Assembly: GCA_002687735.1 (NCBI GenBank)
Contig: NZBD01000015.1
Span: forward strand, 1 to 52,498
Direction of reading: 5' to 3'
Source of the DNA: Candidatus Iainarchaeum sp.
GTDB taxonomy: Archaea; Iainarchaeota; Iainarchaeia; Iainarchaeales; Iainarchaeaceae
Length of the DNA stretch: 52,498 nt
Shown in pieces: positions 36,329 through 46,578 of the stretch (positions within the stretch are counted from its first letter, which is position 1; every line of letters starts with the position of its first letter). The notes beneath the pieces are model-generated. The model did not search any database and had not been told where the DNA came from. It worked only from the letters and a program-made list of their open reading frames with translations. A program made the position numbers and the translations under genes.

Positions 36329-38545
36329 TTGGTTACTTTGTTGTTAAAGCGTATTTTCCCATTGGTTTTAGTGCTTCTTTTTTCAGCTAGTGTATTAGCT
36401 GCAACTCCCACTGTATCTAGTAGCACCCACCCTGAAGGAGAATGGGCTGATGCGCCTTTCATTAAGGTTAATTTTTCTTATTCAGATGCAACAAAATTCG
36501 CCTATGTCGTTAACAAAGAAGCAGACACTGTTCCGGATATAATCGGAGAGATAAGTAAATTTATGGATCCTTCAAGTTCTGAAATTTCTTTGGGGGCAAA
36601 ACTTGATGGAATATATTGGCTGCATGTAAGGGGAAAAAATTCTTCGGGTTGGAGTGATACTAAGCATTATGAAATTAAAGTAGATTCTAATGGTCCAAGA
36701 AGACCTGCCAATCTTACCGCGACTCCATTAGAGGATGGAACTATTCAACTGGCGTGGGATGCTGCGGAAGACGATCTTGCAGGAGTTGGTCATTATACTG
36801 TTTATAGAAGTGTTCTTAGATTTGTTAGTGATGGAGGAATATCCAGAGAATTCACTATTCGGGATGCTGTTGCAAAAAGAATTGCTGAGGAAGTAACAGA
36901 AACAAATTATCTTGATGAGGAAATAAATGAAGGTTATAGATATCATTACAAGATCCAGCCTATTGATAAAGCGGGTAATGGAGGGATCCCGAGTTCTGTT
37001 GCTTCTGCTCGAGCCCATTCTTTTTGTGATTTTACAGTGGTTATTCACACAGAACTTGATGATGAAAACATATCCATTGCAATTGAATCCACAGGAAAAT
37101 TCAAAAAAGGGAATGTGAAAGTTACTGATCCTAATGGCGTTGAAACAGAAATTGTAGAATCGGAATCAAATGTTTTTTCCATCGAGACATCTTACAGCTT
37201 ATCAGACAAACCAAACGGAGACTACAATATTTTCTTTACCTCCATCGATCCTGATTTTGATGAATGTAATGCCGAAAAGATTTTTATTTATGATATTGTA
37301 TTCCCTGAAGTAAAAATAATTTCTCCGTCCTCTACGGGGGTTTTAACAGAACAAGTTAAGTTTGAAATTGAAGCAAGTGATTCCGGGGTTAATCCATCGG
37401 GACTTGTCAGTGTTACGCTTTACCTTGAAAAGGCGGGTGAAGAAATATTAGTTGGCGAGGCTGAAAAGGCGGGTGAAAATTATGTTTATGACTGGAACAC
37501 TATTACTTATGAAAATGGTAGGTTCAAGGTTATTGTAAAAGCAAAAGATAATGCAGGAAACGAATCTGAAGATTCAGCAATTTACAGTTTTGAAAACACA
37601 TTCTTTGCGAGAACTACCGCAAGTTCTGATATTATTTTTTCTGAAGCCGCCAGAACTGAAGCTATAAATTATTTAGCTGATTTAAGAGAGCAGGGCATTA
37701 ATGTACAGGAATTAGAAATGAGACTCGTTAATGCGGATTCTAACTTTAATTATGCTCGTGAGCTTTTTGAACAGGGTTATTATTTTGAATTAGCTTCTGA
37801 ACAAGCGAATTTAGCTAAATTACAGTATGATTCAATCAAAAGCAGTATTAGTTTGGAAGATTATGGTAACAGAGTTTACATTTATGATGCAGAACAGCTT
37901 GATCTTTTCTTAAGTGCGTCAGGATTAGATTCAGGAGTAACAAATAACTCTAAAACTTTAATACAACAATTACAGCCGTTAAGGAGATTAGAACTTGTAA
38001 AGGTCACAAAAGGAATAAACTCTTATTACAAAGCTAATGTTTCAATTTCTTTTTCTAATGCTCAAGATCAAAATATTTCTTTGAGGGTTTTAGAAATAAT
38101 TCCAAAACAATTCACTAACGATGCGAATAATCTATCTTCTACTTTTGCTTTTGAAATTATCCAATCAGACCCTATAATTGTGTTTGAATCCGTTGACTCG
38201 ATCCAGGGAGAAACAATCTCTATAATTTATTCCTTAAAACAAGAGCTTACTAAAGAGCAGGCGGATATTTTGCTTTCATCAAATGTAATGAATTTTTATA
38301 TTTCTCCGCCAATTCTAGTTGATTCTGCAACTGACTTATCTTCAGTTAAACTGTCTTCGCTACTGAACTTTAATTCATTAATATCCTCTCTTCCCCCCAT
38401 TGAATGGAACACAACTAATCTGATAATTGTCGGTCTTGCGATTTTAGCAATTTTATTCATACTTTTGGTAATTGTGTTATTGGCGGTATTTGCGGCATAT
38501 TATTTCTTTATACGGAAAAAAAAAACGATTTACAATGAGCCTTGA
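36329..38545 (+). CDS. Secreted FN3/Ig-like surface protein with C-terminal TM
   Basis: Signal peptide, SSSTHP, LAWDAAED..GVGHYTVYR, DKAGN/DNAGN motifs, long TM. Confidence 0.8.
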   Translation: MVTLLLKRIFPLVLVLLFSASVLAATPTVSSSTHPEGEWADAPFIKVNFSYSDATKFAYVVNKEADTVPDIIGEISKFMDPSSSEISLGAKLDGIYWLHVRGKNSSGWSDTKHYEIKVDSNGPRRPANLTATPLEDGTIQLAWDAAEDDLAGVGHYTVYRSVLRFVSDGGISREFTIRDAVAKRIAEEVTETNYLDEEINEGYRYHYKIQPIDKAGNGGIPSSVASARAHSFCDFTVVIHTELDDENISIAIESTGKFKKGNVKVTDPNGVETEIVESESNVFSIETSYSLSDKPNGDYNIFFTSIDPDFDECNAEKIFIYDIVFPEVKIISPSSTGVLTEQVKFEIEASDSGVNPSGLVSVTLYLEKAGEEILVGEAEKAGENYVYDWNTITYENGRFKVIVKAKDNAGNESEDSAIYSFENTFFARTTASSDIIFSEAARTEAINYLADLREQGINVQELEMRLVNADSNFNYARELFEQGYYFELASEQANLAKLQYDSIKSSISLEDYGNRVYIYDAEQLDLFLSASGLDSGVTNNSKTLIQQLQPLRRLELVKVTKGINSYYKANVSISFSNAQDQNISLRVLEIIPKQFTNDANNLSSTFAFEIIQSDPIIVFESVDSIQGETISIIYSLKQELTKEQADILLSSNVMNFYISPPILVDSATDLSSVKLSSLLNFNSLISSLPPIEWNTTNLIIVGLAILAILFILLVIVLLAVFAAYYFFIRKKKTIYNEP

Positions 38546-39587
38546 AAAATTTCTAAAAGAATCTGCTAAGGATATTGATAAAGAACTGGAAAACTTCTTT
38601 CCTAAAAAAATCACCGCTGAATGGGTTACCGAATCGTTAGGGGAACCAGAATTTAGTTTTGATGAAAATTCTTCACAGAAAGCAGTTGTTGATCCGGTTT
38701 GGGATTTTTTAGACCGGGGCGGAAAACGATGGAGACCTGCTTTGATGCTGCTTGCATGTGAGGCGGTTGGCGGAAATAAAAAAGATGCCATGCCTTTTAC
38801 GGTTATTCCTGAACTTGTTCATAACGGAACAATAATGGTTGATGATGTGGAGGATAATTCTTCTTTAAGGAGAGGTAAAAAATCAACACATCTCATTTAT
38901 GGCGTTGATATTGCAATAAATGCAGGAAATGCAATGTACTTTCTTCCATTAGTAACCTTAATTAATGATGCTAATATTTCCCCCGAACAAAAAGCAACTA
39001 TTTATGATTTGTATGCAAAAGAACTTCTGAAACTTTCTTTTGGGCAGGCAATGGATATTTACTGGCATAAGGGTCATTCTGAGGTAACGGAACAACAATA
39101 CTTGCAAATGACTTCTTACAAGACAGGTTCCTTATCAAGATTAGCTGTTGGTTTAGGAGTAATATTAGGAAAAGGATCAGAAAAACAAATTTCTGTTTTA
39201 TCTGATTTTGCAACCAGCTTAGGAGTGGCTTTTCAGATTCATGATGATGTTCTGAACCTTAAACCTGCTGAGGAGTGGGGTAAAGAAACTGGCGATGATA
39301 TTCAAGAAGGGAAAAGAACCATAATAGTTATTCATTCTTTTTCACTAATTGATTCTAATAAAAAGGATCAACTGACAAAGATTTTGGATGCTAAAGAAAA
39401 TACGGTTGCAGAAATAAAAGAAGCAATTTCTATTTTAGATGGATCCGGTTCTATTGATTATGCTAAAAAATTTGCAAAAGACATTGTTGCTGAAAGCTGG
39501 TCAAATCTTGACAAGGCTCTTGAGGATTCGGATGCAAAAAAAATGCTGAAAGAATTTGCAGATTATGCTATTAATAGGGAAATTTAA
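38535..39587 (+). CDS. Polyprenyl diphosphate (GGPP) synthase
   Basis: GGKRWRP, DDVED..RRG, GQAMD, YKT, FQIHDD. Confidence 0.93.
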   Translation: MSLEKFLKESAKDIDKELENFFPKKITAEWVTESLGEPEFSFDENSSQKAVVDPVWDFLDRGGKRWRPALMLLACEAVGGNKKDAMPFTVIPELVHNGTIMVDDVEDNSSLRRGKKSTHLIYGVDIAINAGNAMYFLPLVTLINDANISPEQKATIYDLYAKELLKLSFGQAMDIYWHKGHSEVTEQQYLQMTSYKTGSLSRLAVGLGVILGKGSEKQISVLSDFATSLGVAFQIHDDVLNLKPAEEWGKETGDDIQEGKRTIIVIHSFSLIDSNKKDQLTKILDAKENTVAEIKEAISILDGSGSIDYAKKFAKDIVAESWSNLDKALEDSDAKKMLKEFADYAINREI

Positions 39588-40330
39588 ACATCATATTCTT
39601 TGTCTACTTTTTTGATGTTCATACCTTTAGAATCAATTTCTATTGGATGTAAATCTTCAGAATGCTTAGTTGCACGCATTTTTCTTATGTGAAGTGTTCT
39701 ATTGCTTCTTGTTCCTATTCCCATGTAGTGCAAGACTATTACTCCGTCAACAACATATTCTTCTATTCCGTATTTTCCGAATTTGTTTTCTCCTTCAGTT
39801 ACCTCTGAAGTTAACAGTGTTGTAACCCCTATTCTCATTAAAAGATAAGAGAGTTTCAGGATCGCGTTTCGGATTTCATTTTCGCTTTCATAATTCATGC
39901 CCATTGCAGGAATAGAGTCAATCACCAGTCTTTTTGCGCCTATTTTTTTTGTGGTGCGCATTATTTCAAGCAAAAGTTTGTCAATATCAAATCCTGTTGC
40001 CGGCATTGCAAATTCTTCTTCACTAGGAATTCCTATTTTTGCAAGGCTTCCATCAATAATCTGAATCATGTTGTCGTCTTCAAGTTTTCTCAAGTCCCAT
40101 CCGAACTTTTGCATATCCTGTCTTATAAGTTCGGGTCGTTCATCTAGTGTTACATAAATGCCCGGTTCCTTATATTTAGAAGCTCCTTCATAGAGATATT
40201 GAGCGCAGAAAATAGTTTTGCCTGTACCGCAAGCTCCTGACACTAACGTTGTTCGGCCTTCTGGAAAACCGCCTTCTATAAGCTTGTCTAATCCGTTTAT
40301 CCCTGTTTGGATTCTATTCATTTTGGCCAA
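39584..40330 (-). CDS. Single-domain KaiC/RAD55-like ATPase
   Basis: GACGTGKT, LVIDS, EEYVVDG, RKMRATKH. Confidence 0.92.
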   Translation of the reverse strand: MAKMNRIQTGINGLDKLIEGGFPEGRTTLVSGACGTGKTIFCAQYLYEGASKYKEPGIYVTLDERPELIRQDMQKFGWDLRKLEDDNMIQIIDGSLAKIGIPSEEEFAMPATGFDIDKLLLEIMRTTKKIGAKRLVIDSIPAMGMNYESENEIRNAILKLSYLLMRIGVTTLLTSEVTEGENKFGKYGIEEYVVDGVIVLHYMGIGTRSNRTLHIRKMRATKHSEDLHPIEIDSKGMNIKKVDKEYDV

Positions 40331-40421
40331 AGTATCACATTATAGTTTGCTTTGAACTTGTATTTATATCTTTTCAAATGCTTAAATTGTATTTATATTA
40401 ATTTATGTTCTAATAAAAATT

Positions 40422-41648
40422 ATGAAAAAATATTTGCTGGCTTTACTGTTAGTTTTGTTTGTACAACCGGCGTTTGCAGGTCAATTGTTAATTTTAGATG
40501 TATCAACCCACACTTCAATTCCTTCAACAATTTATGCAGGTGATTTAGTAGCAGTTAATGTTAATATTGATAATCTAAGCGGTGTCGGACAAGCAGCAAA
40601 TGATATTCATGTTTCATTACAGCTTAATGAAAATGATTTTGAAATAATAGATGTTGAGGAGAATATAGATTCGATAAAAGCTAAAGGATCAAAAACCGTT
40701 TCGGTTAGATTCAGAGTAAAAGAGGGCACTCTTCCAGGAGTTTATAAGCTGCCTGTGTCTATGGATTATTTTTCAGGGACGGATAAATTAAATCAGGTTG
40801 ATACTATCGATCTGCTAATAACTTCTTGCAACACTTTGAACATTTCTGAAATAGATTTAAGCAATTTTAAACCTCACATTAATGATTCACTTGTTGTTAC
40901 TGCAAATATTGAAAACAACTGTTCAACTGCAGCGAGAGACGTTGAAATAAGCCTGCTTCCGGTAACTAATACAACTATCGATCCGTTCATTGTCGCGGCT
41001 GATTCCATAAAAATCGGGGATATTCTTCCGGGAGAAGAGCAAAAAGCCAGATTTAATTTACAGATAACTAATAAGGTTGATACTCAAACATATGTTTTCT
41101 CAATAGATGCTAATTGTGATAGTTGCAAAACAGCATCCAATTCTTTTTCTTTCCAGGTTTTAGGAAGACCTGAACTTGTTTTTTCAAACATAGAGTACTC
41201 AGTTGAAAATGCTTTAGGAAATGATTCGCAAATAATGCAGGGAAGTTTGTTTACATTTTCAGTACAGCTTGATAATATTGGTGAAGAAAAAGCTAAGGCA
41301 GTCAGTATTTCTGTTGATTTTGATGAAGCTATTGTAGGAACCAGTAAATCATTCTTAGGAAACATTGACCCTGATGATTCAGGAGCAGCTATATTTAATT
41401 TAAGTACTGCTTTTGATGCAAACCCCGGAGAAACCCCGGGAACAATTACAGTTAATTATATTGATGAACTAGGTGTTGAGCAATCGTTTACAGAGAATTA
41501 TCCACTTTACATTAATGCAGCCCCTCCGACTAGTCCGATTGTTTGGATTTTCTTGCTTATACTAATTATTGTTGTATTAGCTTTGGTTTATTTCATAATT
41601 AAATTTGTTTTCAGACAATTAGCTCTTAGAAAGGCTCAATCACGATGA
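40422..41648 (+). CDS. COG1361-like secreted Ig/S-layer domain protein accompanying the ABC transporter
   Basis: Signal peptide, IGDILPGE and LGNIDPDDS repeats, C-terminal TM. Confidence 0.8.
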   Translation: MKKYLLALLLVLFVQPAFAGQLLILDVSTHTSIPSTIYAGDLVAVNVNIDNLSGVGQAANDIHVSLQLNENDFEIIDVEENIDSIKAKGSKTVSVRFRVKEGTLPGVYKLPVSMDYFSGTDKLNQVDTIDLLITSCNTLNISEIDLSNFKPHINDSLVVTANIENNCSTAARDVEISLLPVTNTTIDPFIVAADSIKIGDILPGEEQKARFNLQITNKVDTQTYVFSIDANCDSCKTASNSFSFQVLGRPELVFSNIEYSVENALGNDSQIMQGSLFTFSVQLDNIGEEKAKAVSISVDFDEAIVGTSKSFLGNIDPDDSGAAIFNLSTAFDANPGETPGTITVNYIDELGVEQSFTENYPLYINAAPPTSPIVWIFLLILIIVVLALVYFIIKFVFRQLALRKAQSR

Positions 41649-42778
41649 TCAAATTATCCTTCTTTAACTTATTCAGAAGAAAAACCAGGACTTTTTTGTC
41701 ATTGGTTGGTATAGCTATTGGGGTTGCCGCAATAATCGTTCTTGTTTCTCTTGTTGACGGTTTCACGGAAGACTTTAATGATCTTGTAAGCGGTTTTAAA
41801 GCGATTAGTGTTTTTGAAAAAGATGTTCCTGACAATATTTTTTCAAAAATCGATGCTTCTTTTGTACAAAAAATGGAATCTATTTCAGGGGTGAAATACG
41901 CTGTCGCGGAAGTAGTCTTTATTCCGGAAAAGATTGATGGTGTTGCTTTGCTTGCAGCGCCAGGATCTGTTAGTGCTTTTGGGATTGATGCTAGAAAATA
42001 TTATTCCACTCCGCAAAGGGGTTTTATTGGCGATACTGAAAAAGGATTAAACCTTGACGGTTCTGATTTAGGTTATGTGGTTATAGGGAGTCAGCTTGCA
42101 GAGGATTATGGTAAGTTTGTTGGTTCTACAATAAAGATTAATGATACAAAGTTTCGTGTAAAAGGAATTTTAGAGGAAGGTTCTGATTTATTAGGGTCAT
42201 TGATTGTAATGAATATTGAAGATGCTCGTGAGGTAAGCGAGTTTCCAAGTGACAAAATCCAATCAATGTCTGTTTTCCTATCTGACCCCACACAGGATAA
42301 AAAAATAGCTAAGCTAATAGAATTAAAGTATGCTGATGATTTACAAGTTTATACTCAGCAAGACATCTCTGAGGAAATTGGCGGGGTTATGGATAGTTTG
42401 CGATTAATGGCGGTTGTAGTTGCTCTGGTTTCAAGTTTGGTTGCGGGAATTGGTATTGCCAATACTATTCTGATGAGTGTGCTTGAGCGTTTTAAGGAGA
42501 TTGGGGCTCTGAAGGCTGTGGGCTGGACTAACTCAAATGTAATGAAAATGATTCTTTACGAAGCTTTTTTCTTAGGGGTTATTGGAGGAGTATTAGGAAT
42601 AATCTTAGGGTTTATAGTTGATGAATTATTATCTTCTTTAGTAGGAATTAAATATTTAATTAGTCCATCTCTTTTAGTTACTAGTTTTTTGTTTGCAGTT
42701 GCACTCGGTTTAGTGTCAGGATTATATCCTGCTTATCAAGCATCCAAACTTGACCCTATTGAGGCTTTGAGGAGTTGA
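41645..42778 (+). CDS. MacB/FtsX-family ABC permease
   Basis: RRKTRTFLSLVGIAIG, MSVLERFKEIGALKAVG, DPIEALR. Confidence 0.92.
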   Translation: MIKLSFFNLFRRKTRTFLSLVGIAIGVAAIIVLVSLVDGFTEDFNDLVSGFKAISVFEKDVPDNIFSKIDASFVQKMESISGVKYAVAEVVFIPEKIDGVALLAAPGSVSAFGIDARKYYSTPQRGFIGDTEKGLNLDGSDLGYVVIGSQLAEDYGKFVGSTIKINDTKFRVKGILEEGSDLLGSLIVMNIEDAREVSEFPSDKIQSMSVFLSDPTQDKKIAKLIELKYADDLQVYTQQDISEEIGGVMDSLRLMAVVVALVSSLVAGIGIANTILMSVLERFKEIGALKAVGWTNSNVMKMILYEAFFLGVIGGVLGIILGFIVDELLSSLVGIKYLISPSLLVTSFLFAVALGLVSGLYPAYQASKLDPIEALRS

Positions 42779-43497
42779 AAAAAATGAAAACACCCGTGAT
42801 AGAAGCAAAAAAAGTCGTGAAAGAGTATCACTTAGGTGAAACTATTGTGAGTGCTCTTGCAGGAGTCTCTTTAAAAATTTATGAAGGCGATTTTGTTGTT
42901 ATTGTTGGCCCAAGTGGTTCCGGAAAAAGTACGCTTATGCATCTTCTTGGAACTTTAGATCATCCAACAAGAGGAACGGTTTTGATTGACGGAGAGGATA
43001 TTAGTGAGCTTGATGACTGGGACTTAGCAATGCTCAGAAGAAAAAAAATCGGTTTTATTTTCCAGTCTTTTAATTTAATTCCTACTTTAAATTCTTTTGA
43101 GAATGTTATTATTCCAACTGAACCGCTTCCCGGAGACAAAGAGAAATTAGAGGATCGAGGTATTGCACTGCTGAAAAAAGTCGGTCTTGGTGATCGTTTA
43201 TTACATAAACCTGATGAGCTTTCAGGAGGGCAAAGACAAAGAGTTTCTATTTCAAGATCTTTGATTAATAATCCCGAAATTATTTTTGCTGATGAACCAA
43301 CGGGAAATCTTGATTCTGTTACTGGAAGGCAGATAATAGATTTGATGTATGAATTAAACACTAAAGAAAACAAAACATTTGTTCTTGTAACTCACGATGA
43401 AACCCTGCTTAAATATGCTACAAAAAAAGTTTTCATTTTAGACGGTAAAATTACCAAGGTTGTGGAAAATCCCCGATCTAAAAAGGTGTCAAAGTGA
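42775..43497 (+). CDS. ABC ATP-binding subunit (LolD/MacB type)
   Basis: GPSGSGKS, LSGGQRQR, ADEPTGNLD. Confidence 0.95.
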   Translation: MKKMKTPVIEAKKVVKEYHLGETIVSALAGVSLKIYEGDFVVIVGPSGSGKSTLMHLLGTLDHPTRGTVLIDGEDISELDDWDLAMLRRKKIGFIFQSFNLIPTLNSFENVIIPTEPLPGDKEKLEDRGIALLKKVGLGDRLLHKPDELSGGQRQRVSISRSLINNPEIIFADEPTGNLDSVTGRQIIDLMYELNTKENKTFVLVTHDETLLKYATKKVFILDGKITKVVENPRSKKVSK

Positions 43498-44630
43498 TAA
43501 AGTTTAGTTTGGTTAATCTCTCAAGACATAAAGTAAGAACTTTTCTTTCAATTCTTGGAATAATGGTCGGGGTAGCTTCTTTGATTGCTCTTGTTTCAAT
43601 TGTTGATGGTATAAAGTTTGATATTAATGAGGCTTTAAGCAGTGCACAAGGTGCCAGAGTTATGCCAATTAATGCCACTAGCCCTGTTTTTACTTCAATG
43701 GATGAGGATTGGAAAGCTAAGTTAGAAAACATTCGAGGAGTGAAGACTGCTTCTGGAACTATAATCCAGCTCGTCAGTTCCATTGAAGGGGAAAAGACTC
43801 CTCTTACAAGCCAATTGCAGCTTGTTGGTGTTGATGTTAGTGATATTGCCAGTGCAAGCAATTCCGGTTTTGATGGTACGCTTCTTTCAGGAAGAGATTT
43901 GAAAACAACTGATGCAGGAAAAAAAGTTGTCATGCTTGGAGAAGCACTTGCTGATGAGCATGATAAGTTTGCAGGTTCAAAAATAAAAGTTAATGATGTT
44001 CCATTGAGAGTAATAGGCATTTTTACCACTGGCTCTGACTTGCTTGACACCACATTGGTAATGCCTTTAGAAACAGCCAGAGATATTACTGATTTTAGTT
44101 CTGATAAAGTAAGTTTCTTTATTGTTTCAGTAATCAATCCGGCTGATGATAAGATTGTTGTTGAAAAAATAAATCTTCTTTATGGTGATGATTTAAAAGC
44201 TACTTCTTTGAGCGATTTTTCATCTCAGTTCAATACAATTATTGATGGAATAACTCTTCTTGTTATAGTTATTGCGTCCATTGCGTCATTTGTAGCTGCA
44301 ATTGGAATAATCAATACGATGCTGATGAGTGTGCTTGAGCGTTTTAAGGAGATTGGGGCTCTGAAGGCTGTGGGCTGGACCAATTCAAACATAATGAAAA
44401 TGATTGTTTATGAGTCAACATTTATAGGTATATTCGGAGGAATTTTAGGAGTTATTTTAGGAATCATTTCCTCTAATTTTGTACAGGCTTTTGGATTAAC
44501 CACCCTAGTAACCCCGTATTTGTTGTTAGGGTCATTTTTAGGCGCTGTTATTGTTGGTTTGATTGCAGGTATTTATCCTGCAATCAATGCTTCAAGAATG
44601 GATCCGGTTGATGCTTTAAGAGCAGAGTAA
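43494..44630 (+). CDS. MacB/FtsX-family ABC permease
   Basis: Paralog of 41645..42778. Confidence 0.92.
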   Translation: MIKFSLVNLSRHKVRTFLSILGIMVGVASLIALVSIVDGIKFDINEALSSAQGARVMPINATSPVFTSMDEDWKAKLENIRGVKTASGTIIQLVSSIEGEKTPLTSQLQLVGVDVSDIASASNSGFDGTLLSGRDLKTTDAGKKVVMLGEALADEHDKFAGSKIKVNDVPLRVIGIFTTGSDLLDTTLVMPLETARDITDFSSDKVSFFIVSVINPADDKIVVEKINLLYGDDLKATSLSDFSSQFNTIIDGITLLVIVIASIASFVAAIGIINTMLMSVLERFKEIGALKAVGWTNSNIMKMIVYESTFIGIFGGILGVILGIISSNFVQAFGLTTLVTPYLLLGSFLGAVIVGLIAGIYPAINASRMDPVDALRAE

Positions 44631-46481
44631 TTATTCTCTGTAAACGTTAGTAACTCCTTTTACTTTTGAAATTTTTTTAAATAATTTTTCTAATTGAGAA
44701 ATATTTTTTATTTTCAAACTGAATTTACATTGTACTGTATTGTTCGGGGCAATTTTAACATTTGCAGAGCTAACTCCTAGGTTGGTTTTTGAAATAACTT
44801 CAAGTAAATCTTTCAATAATCCCAAGCGATCAGAAGCTTTTACTATTAGTTCTGTTTTATAAGTGCTTTCTGAACCGTGCCACGAAACCCCGATAAGTGT
44901 GCCTTTAGATTCACTAGCTTCTTCACAGTCAATCCTATGAACCGATATTTTTCTTTTAGTTGTTTTCAAACCTACAATATCGTCTCCCGGAACAGGAGAA
45001 CAGCATTTAGCAAGTCTAATTTTTTTATCGCTAATTTTTATTTTCTGTGCAACTTTTTTATCTAGCAATGGTGCTGTTTTAGATTTTTGAATTTGTAGTT
45101 TAGCTCTTATTTTCTGTTTAGCTTTTGAGGTTTTCACAAAACTAAGCCAACTCATTTTCGGGCCTTGTTTTTGAGAAGTAGCTATTTCAACAATATCGCT
45201 ATTTTTTATAATTGCGTGTAAAGAAACAATATCGCCGTTTATTTTTGCGTTTTGACAATGGTTTCCAACATCAGAATGAACTGCGTATGCAAAATCAATT
45301 ACTGTTGCTCCTTCAGGTAACTCAATAACTTGGCCTTTTGGAGTTAGCGCAAAAATTTCTTTATCAAATATGCTAGTTTCGGTTTGATCACTAGATGTTT
45401 TTTGCCAGTCTAAAATCTGTTTTACCCATTCAATTTTTTTGTCAAATTTGGAGTCCTTTTCCCCTCCTTTGTAAAGCCAATGTGAAGCCATTCCATATTC
45501 TGAAGCGTCATGCATTTCTTTTGTTTTTATTTGAATCTCAATAGGATTTCCCATGTGGCTTTGAATCGCGGCATGCAATGCTTTGTAACTATTTCCTTTT
45601 GGTTTTACAATATAATCATCAAATTCTCCGGGAATCGGTTTCCAGGAACTATGGATAATTCCAAGTACCTCATAACAATCTTTTACTGAATCAGTTATGA
45701 CTCTTAATGCAATCAAATCATAGATTTTGTTTAATCCCACTTTCTTTCTTTCCATTTTTTTGTAGGTGCTGTAGATTGTTTTTATTCTGCCGGAAATTTC
45801 GTAATTAATTTTTTCTTTTTTAAGTTCTTTTTCTAATTTTTCTTTTGTTTTTTTAATATCCTGAGTAACACCTTTAACCGTTTTATTAACCGCGTTACTA
45901 ATGAAAGAATAAGTTTTAGGGTCAGAATATTTGAATGCTAGTTCATTTAGTTCAGAACTAATCGGGTATATTCCTATTTTATGTGCTAAAGGTGCAAATA
46001 TTTCCTGTACTTCTAAAATAAAGTTCTCTTTGTCTTCTATTTGGGTTTCAGAAAGTTTTCTAAGAGTAATAAGAATATCTGAAAGAAACAGTATAACAAC
46101 ATTCGGATTTGCCGATACAACCACTAAAAGTTTTTTTCTGGACTCTTCCTTATTTTCCGATTTTACCTGTAATGCTTTTTCAAAACGAATTTCAGAATCC
46201 AGCAGACTTGTAACATTTTCTCCAAATTCTTTTTCTACTTTTTCTATGTATTTTTCGATGTTTTTTGGCGGATGAATCAGACCGGCCAATACAACATCTT
46301 TTTTTTGTTTAAGGCTAAGTAAGAGAGTCGCTAATTCCATGCCTTGGGTTAAACAAATGCTTTTTTTGGGACTTTCATCACAGGCCTTTAAAATAAACTC
46401 TATTCCTTTTTCTGCCTCTTTAACAGAGCCAAATTCAGATTCAAATTTTTTAAGGAAGTCCCTCTTCAAGTCAGATTCCAT
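44631..46481 (-). CDS. relA: Long RelA/SpoT homolog: degenerate HD, synthetase, TGS, Zn-finger, ACT
   Basis: GRIKTIYS, DLIALRV, EFDDY, YKALH, EIQIKT, HWLYK, DFAYAVHSDVG, CCSPVPGD, DRLGLL. Confidence 0.85.
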   Translation of the reverse strand: MESDLKRDFLKKFESEFGSVKEAEKGIEFILKACDESPKKSICLTQGMELATLLLSLKQKKDVVLAGLIHPPKNIEKYIEKVEKEFGENVTSLLDSEIRFEKALQVKSENKEESRKKLLVVVSANPNVVILFLSDILITLRKLSETQIEDKENFILEVQEIFAPLAHKIGIYPISSELNELAFKYSDPKTYSFISNAVNKTVKGVTQDIKKTKEKLEKELKKEKINYEISGRIKTIYSTYKKMERKKVGLNKIYDLIALRVITDSVKDCYEVLGIIHSSWKPIPGEFDDYIVKPKGNSYKALHAAIQSHMGNPIEIQIKTKEMHDASEYGMASHWLYKGGEKDSKFDKKIEWVKQILDWQKTSSDQTETSIFDKEIFALTPKGQVIELPEGATVIDFAYAVHSDVGNHCQNAKINGDIVSLHAIIKNSDIVEIATSQKQGPKMSWLSFVKTSKAKQKIRAKLQIQKSKTAPLLDKKVAQKIKISDKKIRLAKCCSPVPGDDIVGLKTTKRKISVHRIDCEEASESKGTLIGVSWHGSESTYKTELIVKASDRLGLLKDLLEVISKTNLGVSSANVKIAPNNTVQCKFSLKIKNISQLEKLFKKISKVKGVTNVYRE

Positions 46482-46578
46482 AATACTATTTTGCTATGTC
46501 ATTATTATAGGATTAATCCTATTTTTGCCTTCAGGTAATCTTTAAATACTAGCATTCGTTTCCTATAACTGAAACCCT

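Noticed and set aside
233-40330. Circadian KaiABC clock from the KaiC-like genes
   Set aside because: Single-domain proteins, the phosphoacceptor ST position is replaced (EF or EY), and there is no kaiA or kaiB
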